The notes beneath the pieces are model-generated. The model saw nothing but the letters and a program-made list of their open reading frames with translations. It searched no databases and was not told the origin of the DNA. 64,000 bases of DNA, from the NCBI GenBank assembly GCA_024704765.1, contig JAKMXF010000298.1, positions 186,001-250,000 on the forward strand. Reading direction: 5' to 3'. The position numbers and the translations under genes were made by a program. The stretch's first letter is position 1. Each line of letters opens with the position of its first letter. Shown piece after piece: positions 59,063 through 64,000 of the stretch. The stretch is from Oopsacas minuta (taxonomy: Eukaryota; Animalia; Porifera).

Positions 59063-59617
59063 CTTATCAAATAGCTAAAATGTATCCATTATTTTTTCAG
59101 TGAACCTATGAACTTTTAACTGCCTTTTCATATTTGTTTCGTATTCGTTCTATACCCCACACTGTTTAAGATTAAGAGTTGTAATTTTGTCAAAAGGTTT
59201 ATTATGACATGTGGCTCTGCATACGATTTTCTCTGACGCAATGACATATTTATGCCAATTTAAGCCCTTTTTACTCTCAGCAATAGTTTTTTCCTTAATT
59301 ATATTTCCATTATATTAACACCAGTACAGTAGAACTCGGATAAGACGTACATTCTTCTCAATATAATGTCTATTCAGTTAAGACTTCTACTCAGATAGTA
59401 CGTATGTCCTATTTACAATTCATTAAATTATTTTCTAGCCCAGTAATATTAATTGGGAGTCAATTTAATAGCATTTTCACACATACACAAGCAAGCATTC
59501 AAAGAAAAGTATTGTACTTATTTTTTTCCTATTTTAACCCATGCGTGAGTTAGCAACAAATACTAATGTTTACAGCAATACGCTAAATAGAACCTACTCC
59601 ATGTTCAATTGTAGGAA

Positions 59618-60049
59618 TTAATATCGGTCGTCGAAAAAAGAATACTTACATTTCTTCACGCTAGCGTGCAACGGAATTCCACTGTTTTCAGCTTGCATTA
59701 GAGCCTGATACTTTTGGATATCAAGTTCTAGTTCAAATTTTTCCTCCTTCAACTTCTTTCTCCTATCAAATAACCTGTGTTGTTCTGTATTCCATCGTCT
59801 CTGCTCTTTTCTACGAAGAATCATAATTTCTTCGTATTTATAATGGTTCTTTGGATAAAGAATTCTAAGCGTTTTTAATGTCATTTCAGCTAATTCTTCC
59901 CTTGTGTGCTCGTATGGCCTATCCTTGTTTCTCATCCTCGATTGACCCATATCAACGGCGAAAGTTAGCTCTGTTCTGAAATTCTCTTCCACAAATAATG
60001 TGTTTATAGCTTCACAATTTTCGTCTCCGCTTATTCCATGGAAGTCCAT
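59618..60049 (-). CDS. Small divergent Maf/CNC-like bZIP protein (paralogue 1)
   Basis: TREELAEMTLKTL..YEEIMILRRKEQRRWN...R followed by the zipper LKEEKFELELDIQKYQAL; clearly related to the 60737-61093 ORF. A possible GTAAGT donor near 59648 means the C-terminus may differ. Confidence 0.55.
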   Translation of the reverse strand: MDFHGISGDENCEAINTLFVEENFRTELTFAVDMGQSRMRNKDRPYEHTREELAEMTLKTLRILYPKNHYKYEEIMILRRKEQRRWNTEQHRLFDRRKKLKEEKFELELDIQKYQALMQAENSGIPLHASVKKCKYSFFDDRY

Positions 60050-60208
60050 ATCTTACTGTTTGTTTTAAACAAATTTGTTATTTGTTTTATAATGTATAAT
60101 ATTTGGCCTTTTATACTTCAAACTAATATTTTTTATAATGTATGATATATGTTTATACAATCGAAATTTTCTGTGATATCCCAGAATGAGGTATTAAAAA
60201 GTAAGCTA

Positions 60209-60228
60209 GCGCCTGCGCCTGCGCCTGC
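60209..60228. promoter_or_regulatory. (GCGCCT)3 GC-rich motif, NRF1-site-like, upstream of bZIP-like paralogue 1
   Basis: GCGCCTGCGCCTGCGCCTGC sits in very AT-rich context about 160 bp 5' of the ATG. GCGCCTGCGC resembles the NRF1 consensus YGCGCAYGCGCR. Confidence 0.35.
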
Positions 60229-60736
60229 TACTATTTAATATATGCCCGTAATCTACCTCTGAGTCTTTCTAATGTGGACATGTTTGTATGACATATTTAT
60301 TCTGATAATAGCTTATATGAAAACTCTCTCTAGTAATCATTTTTGGTAATGGAACTTTAATTGGCTTTAATGCTCCCTTCTTAGATCCTAGAGTAATCCA
60401 TTTCCGAGAGTTATATTTAGCACCATGTAACGGTTAATCAGATTTAAGTGTTACTTCCTGACTAAAATTGTACCATTCTACAATATTATCACCGAGGGGA
60501 ATTTTACCGAATCATGATATTAATCCCCCGTTAAAGACTCGTAGCAAATTGCTACGGATTATAGATTTACTTTGTATAAGTGCACTATAATTATTGCAAT
60601 ATCTATGTAACTTAGACATAATAATTACTCTAGCTGTATTAATATTGAAAGTCAAATAGATACGTGCCTCTTGCTTATTGAATGTATTGCCAAAGCTATA
60701 TGGTGTATATTAGTTTTATGCGATAGCAGGTGTCTT

Positions 60737-61093
60737 TTAAATAACCGTCAGTTTTTGTAATTTCTTGATTTCTTCTATAAGAGTTTGTTTCTCGTTTAAG
60801 ATCGCCTCTTTCGTTTCTTTTAGAATTTGTAATTCCTTGCGAGAGTTAGCTACATTTATTCTGACCTGTTCTCTTCGTCTTATGATTTTGAATTCTTCAT
60901 TCTCTCTTTCACTGCGACCGGTTAAGAAATCATTCAGTTCGATTCTATTCATTTTATGTAACTTTTTCGATAGTGCTTTATCTTTTGTGTGCTTTTTTTT
61001 CAAATAACACATCAAGATTTTCCCAGCTAATACTGTCTCAGTTTGTTTAATTTCCATTAGTATTCGGATGTTTGTTTGTTTGTTTATTGTCAT
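60737..61093 (-). CDS. Small divergent Maf/CNC-like bZIP protein (paralogue 2)
   Basis: LHKMNRIELNDFLTGRSERENEEFKIIRRREQVRINVANSR aligns without gaps to the Maf extended homology plus basic region [41 protein letters not shown] (15/41 identical by hand), followed by L/I heptads. Confidence 0.62.
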   Translation of the reverse strand: MTINKQTNIRILMEIKQTETVLAGKILMCYLKKKHTKDKALSKKLHKMNRIELNDFLTGRSERENEEFKIIRRREQVRINVANSRKELQILKETKEAILNEKQTLIEEIKKLQKLTVI

Positions 61094-61766
61094 TCCTCCT
61101 TTTATACGTAATTTTTGGACACTGAAATACCTTTTACAAATTGTACAAGCTAATGAGCTTACATTTTCAATTACTCTCTAATTCTTTGAACTTGGATCTA
61201 AGTTCTATCGGTAATTTTCCCTTGAATGGTGCTTATTGTTACACCTAACTAAAATGTTGTACAACTAGAGATTATCAATCGAAACACTTGAAAGCATTTA
61301 ATGCGTAGATAAAATATACAGTTTAGCCAACATCGTTTACATAATTACAAATACTGTAATATCATATATCTAAGGGATTTTCTAACAATGTATATTTGAA
61401 CTAAATCCATGATACATCCCTTGTTGGATGGAGCAACTCTTAAGGCAATATTCTTGCACCAAAGTATTGTCTCTAAAATTGCTATTTGTAACTTACAAAT
61501 TTCAGAATTATTCTTTTAGGACAAATATATTGTGGACAGTTCTACGGGTAGCTATTTGGAATACTGTTTAGCTTACACACGTGTATTTCTTTATTTTTTT
61601 GCTTGTATTCAATACCATGTTTTTTTCCGCGTAATACAAGCATTTGACAAAAATTTATTTGATACTAACTTTAGAGACAATCGCCTTTGTATATAGCTTT
61701 GGTATTTGCAATGATATCAATAAAGATATTTTAATTGAGGAAATGTATTGTTATTCCATTAGCTAG

Positions 61767-64000
61767 ATGTCTAGGTTATTATTTTATGGTTGTCGTGAGG
61801 GATATGCAGATGTTGCCAATACCCTGCAAGGGTTAAAACATGGCATAAGATCATTTTCAAATACACACTTACTCCCGCCATCGAATTATGCCCTACGGAA
61901 TAATCATAACAATTTGATCCAAACAACCGCGAAATGGGCGCGAAACATACAAACTGAGACACAAACTTCAGGCTCTAGCATACCTCCGTTTCAACCACCT
62001 AATGGAAAAGTCACAACAGCTCTATCTCAAGCTCCACCTTTACCCACTCAAGAGAATATTCTGGAACAAAGTGCGAAGGTTAAAGATTTGCGAGATGAAA
62101 TATCTGATATAGCAAATGCTGAGAAGAATGCAGATAAGAAAATGGAGAAAAAAGTATCTGCCAAACCGAGTATTTGGGTTAGAATTAAAAATGAGACATT
62201 GCATTACTATCATGGTTTCAAGTTGTTCTTTTACGAAGTGAAAATATCAACTAAATTCCTTGGGAAGATTCTGAGGGGGCATTCACTAACGAGAAGAGAG
62301 AAGAGACAACTTGAACGAACTGTTGCAGATATCTTCAGACTTGTACCATTTTCCATATTTATTATACTTCCGTTTATGGAGTTTTTGTTACCAGTTGCAA
62401 TCAAAATATTTCCAGGATTGTTGCCTTCAACTTTCCAAACTGTCCAAACGAAAAATGAGAAAATTCGTGCTGAATTGAAGGTCAAGTTGGAGATGTCAAA
62501 ATTTCTTAGAAATACCATGGGAGGTATTAATTACCAAAATATTTCGTAGATATTTTCTGTAAATGCTTTTTGTTTTTTTTTTTCAGAAATGAGTGTACTA
62601 AATGAAAAGAAAGAAGGGCCAACAATTCATGAATTTGTGGAATTTTTTGAAGCAATTCGTGAGAGAGGAGAGAATGCTCATGTTGATGATGTGATTAGAT
62701 TCTCACAACTTTTCAGAGATGAGTTTACGTTGGACAACATGGCACATGCTCAATTGAAGGTATGTGAAGTATTTATACTTATAATGTTTTCAAAATAAAC
62801 TATTTCATTTTATGAATGATATACATACATGCACCATGTTCATTGTGCATGATCGGCTTTACACCGTATATGTCGATATGTCCATGGTTGTAACTTGTAG
62901 TAATAATTATTGTATCAATTCACTCCTGCTTTAGCCTATAATACCTGGTTATTCTCCTGGGTAATTCATATTTATTCAATTCGCAATATCCACAATAATA
63001 ATAATTACACTGTATTTATCCCTAGTTAAATTTTTATATATTCGTTGTTATTGATACACCATGGCTAAGTAGTTAAGTTTACCTGTCTAGTTTATAAACT
63101 TAGTTGATTCAAAAAGTTATGGCAGCGGTGGGATTCGAACCCACGCCTCCGAAGAGAATAGTGCCTTAAACTATCGCCTTAGACCGCTCGGCCACGCTAC
63201 CTATAATTCATAAAATTACATTTTTCACCTTATAAACCATTATTCCGTACATATTCTTTTCTACTTTAAATCTATGAAAATATCTTGACAATTATCCTGA
63301 AAATTAACAATAGGCTCTCTGCAAGTTATTGATGCTAAACTCTGTTGGTACAAGCGCACTGCTTCGACTGCAACTAAACATGTGTCTGCGACATTTGAAA
63401 GCTGATGATAATCTCATCAGAAAAGAAGGTATTGACAATATGACATCTTCAGAATTGCAATCTGCTTGTCAAGCTCGTGGAATGAGAGCTGTGGGCATGA
63501 ATGGGAGAAAGCTGAAGGAGCAATTATCATTATGGCTAAACTTACATTTAGATAAACAGGTGCAGTTCTTATATGCAGGTTTAACAATTTCATAATTTTA
63601 CGATGGATTCTCATCGTAAATTTGCTTCGAAATGCTGAATTTCTTTCGCAAATATGATTTGATTTTAGTATTTTTCAAATTTAGCAATCTGTATTGATAA
63701 TTTAGCCAATGAATCTACAGCAAAGAATTAAAGAATTATTAATTACAAATTCTAAAATGTGTAATCTAGAAAAATCGAGGACAAAAGTTCATTTTTGATT
63801 AAAGTGTTTTGATGTTGCAATCACTAATTTAATGTATTAATATTGCTAACTAAACTATCTTTGACAACGAATCAATTGTTATACGTTTTCATAAATAGGT
63901 TCCTCCATCTCTTTTACTACTCACACAAGCCCTCACTTTAAAATCACATGCTCCAAATCCAGAAGGATTAGGCAAAACTCTTTCTGCTCTACCAGAAGAG
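61767..64000 (+). CDS. LETM1: Mitochondrial inner membrane protein LETM1 (3'-truncated by window edge)
   Basis: HYYHGFKLF, LTRREKRQLERTVADIFRLVPF, FPGLLPSTF, LQSACQARGMR and WLNLHL. Exons about 61767-62523, 62588-62760, 63314-63559 and 63899 to the end. Confidence 0.94.
63111..63115 (-). terminator. Pol III T5 terminator of tRNA-Leu
   Basis: TTTTT on the minus strand, 4 nt after the tRNA 3' end. Confidence 0.8.
63120..63201 (-). tRNA. tRNA-Leu(AAG)
   Basis: The reverse complement GGTAGCGTGGCCGAGCGGTCTAAGGCG-ATAGT-TTAAGGC-ACTAT-TCTCTTCGGAGGCGTGGGTTCGAATCCCACCGCTGCCA has A and B boxes, a long variable arm and a paired anticodon stem. Lies in a LETM1 intron. Confidence 0.96.

Noticed and set aside
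61091-61100. AGGAGG Shine-Dalgarno-like sequence before the bZIP-like ATG
   Set aside because: The context is eukaryotic, spacing is only 1 nt, and nothing else suggests bacterial origin.
14-63614. Numerous 60-155 aa ORFs antisense to or overlapping real genes (e.g. 13650-14114, 20164-20529, 35192-35587, 54716-54943)
   Set aside because: These are shadows of long coding frames with no recognisable motifs.
1-64000. CRISPR array, rRNA, snRNA, SL RNA gene, U12-type introns, selenoprotein TGA
   Set aside because: I saw no repeat-spacer array, no recognisable rRNA or snRNA sequence, no RTATCCTT donors and no in-frame TGA in the modelled genes. An SL RNA cannot be identified without knowing the leader.

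Overview
This is AT-rich, very gene-dense eukaryotic (animal) genomic DNA with short GT-AG introns (mostly about 48-150 nt) and many single-exon genes. The gene set and compactness suggest an early-branching metazoan such as a glass sponge; this is an inference, not an identification. I find 27 protein-coding genes: FGGY (partial), class II PI3K, an MSP-domain gene, LRRC49, CTU2, ECSIT, EXD3/mut-7, a Cys-rich receptor, RBM19, a TRAF, WDR74, SRSF3-like, TOPAZ1-like, AAGAB, CCDC166, CCDC170, CEP70, TDRKH, a PRD-class homeobox, a Kelch-like gene, CTBS-like, two tetraspanins, DDX46, two divergent bZIP-like micro-genes and LETM1 (partial). There is also one tRNA-Leu(AAG) and several families of short non-autonomous DNA-transposon remnants (MITEs). 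The main system-level signal is in gene organisation: 23 of 27 genes lie on the + strand in long runs, many separated by only 85-400 bp, and all 22 + strand genes whose start is visible carry a splice-acceptor-like TAG ending 0-22 nt before the ATG. This is the pattern expected of polycistronic (operon-like) transcription resolved by spliced-leader trans-splicing. Other notable items are two Maf/CNC-like bZIP paralogues lacking the invariant Asn, a GC-AG versus GT-AG splice switch in the TOPAZ1-like gene, a catalytically altered GH18, a half-RING TRAF, and a CAUC-rich island behind the SRSF3-like gene. Exon boundaries were inferred by eye and no database searches were run.
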